64,000 nt of DNA. Source: Candidatus Limnocylindria bacterium. Lineage in GTDB: Bacteria > Chloroflexota > Limnocylindria > P2-11E. Numbering within the stretch: the first letter of the stretch is position 1; each line of letters starts with the position of its first letter. The DNA is taken from the NCBI GenBank assembly GCA_038227105.1, contig JBBRQB010000002.1:7983-71982 (forward strand), in the 5' to 3' direction. Shown here piece after piece: positions 63,820 through 64,000 of this stretch. The notes below the pieces were generated by a model that worked only from the letters and a program-made list of their open reading frames with translations, made no database searches and had not been told where the DNA came from. Position numbers and translations under genes: made by a program.

Positions 63820-64000
63820 GCGAGATCGAGAAGGTCGATCCCGAGGTGTATGCGGCGATCGAAGGCGAGCGGCGCCGTCAGGTGGACAAGATCGAGCTCA
63901 TCGCTTCTGAGAACTACACGAGTCAGGCGGTCATGGACGCCGTCGGCAGCGTGCTCACGAACAAATACGCCGAGGGCTACCCCGGGCACCGTTACTACGG
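63816..64000 (+). CDS. glyA: Serine hydroxymethyltransferase (5' part; continues past window end)
   Basis: Own translation from ATG 63816 (ATGA overlap with the rpiB stop): [61 protein letters not shown] is the GlyA N-terminus. Confidence 0.85.
   Translation, partial: MSEIEKVDPEVYAAIEGERRRQVDKIELIASENYTSQAVMDAVGSVLTNKYAEGYPGHRYY

Noticed and set aside
1-64000. tRNA, rRNA, transposase, integrase or prophage structural genes
   Set aside because: No cloverleaf-like GGTTCGAATCC-type motifs, rRNA-like conserved stretches or transposase/integrase translations were seen. The only phage-like item is the orphan RusA-like ORF.

Overview
High-GC (~70%) chromosomal segment, probably from an F420- and mycothiol-using actinobacterium or related lineage. 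It is densely coding with frequent stop/start overlaps (GTGA/ATGA). I found no rRNA, tRNA, CRISPR, transposase or integrase by eye.

The most unusual region is the first ~11 kb, which forms an apparent cAMP-signalling module. On the minus strand a cytoplasmic sensor histidine kinase with ~9 tandem GAF domains is followed by a stand-alone CheY-like receiver and a receiver-fused class III adenylate cyclase that runs off the window. Diverging from it, a predicted intramembrane M50/site-2-type metalloprotease carries an N-terminal PqqD/RRE-like domain and two C-terminal cNMP-binding domains. A Cys-rich zinc-ribbon ORF is coupled to it, followed by a protein with a nitrile-hydratase/Nif11-like leader and 36-aa tandem repeats. 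A convergent CRP/FNR regulator closes the locus. I propose this as a cAMP-gated proteolytic or peptide-processing system, which I do not recognise as described.

The rest of the window, in order:
- an F420-associated enzyme cluster (three LLM oxidoreductases, a PPOX-type enzyme, CofE, a class III aminotransferase, an amidohydrolase and a Cys/Thr proline-racemase-family enzyme);
- a secreted amidase;
- a two-component system followed by two GNAT genes;
- two LmbE-like deacetylases and a NERD-domain protein;
- a complete MurNAc/anhydro-MurNAc recycling locus (SIS protein, XRE regulator, GHL10, ChbG, MurQ, a GlcNAc-kinase-like ATPase, AnmK, a beta-lactamase-fold hydrolase, two NagZ, MarR);
- YceI, an orphan RusA-like gene, a membrane Mo-oxidoreductase and an S9 peptidase;
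- lipid-metabolism genes (UbiE/MenG methyltransferase, ACAD, FadD, GMC oxidoreductase) and a DUF2652 cyclase-like protein;
- an asparaginase-family hydrolase, TauE, an NAPRTase-like protein, an SDR, UppP, PmbA/TldD, YjbQ and a threonine dehydratase;
- the conserved prmC-tsaC-rpiB-glyA block at the 3' end.

Several start-codon and frame anomalies are flagged below.
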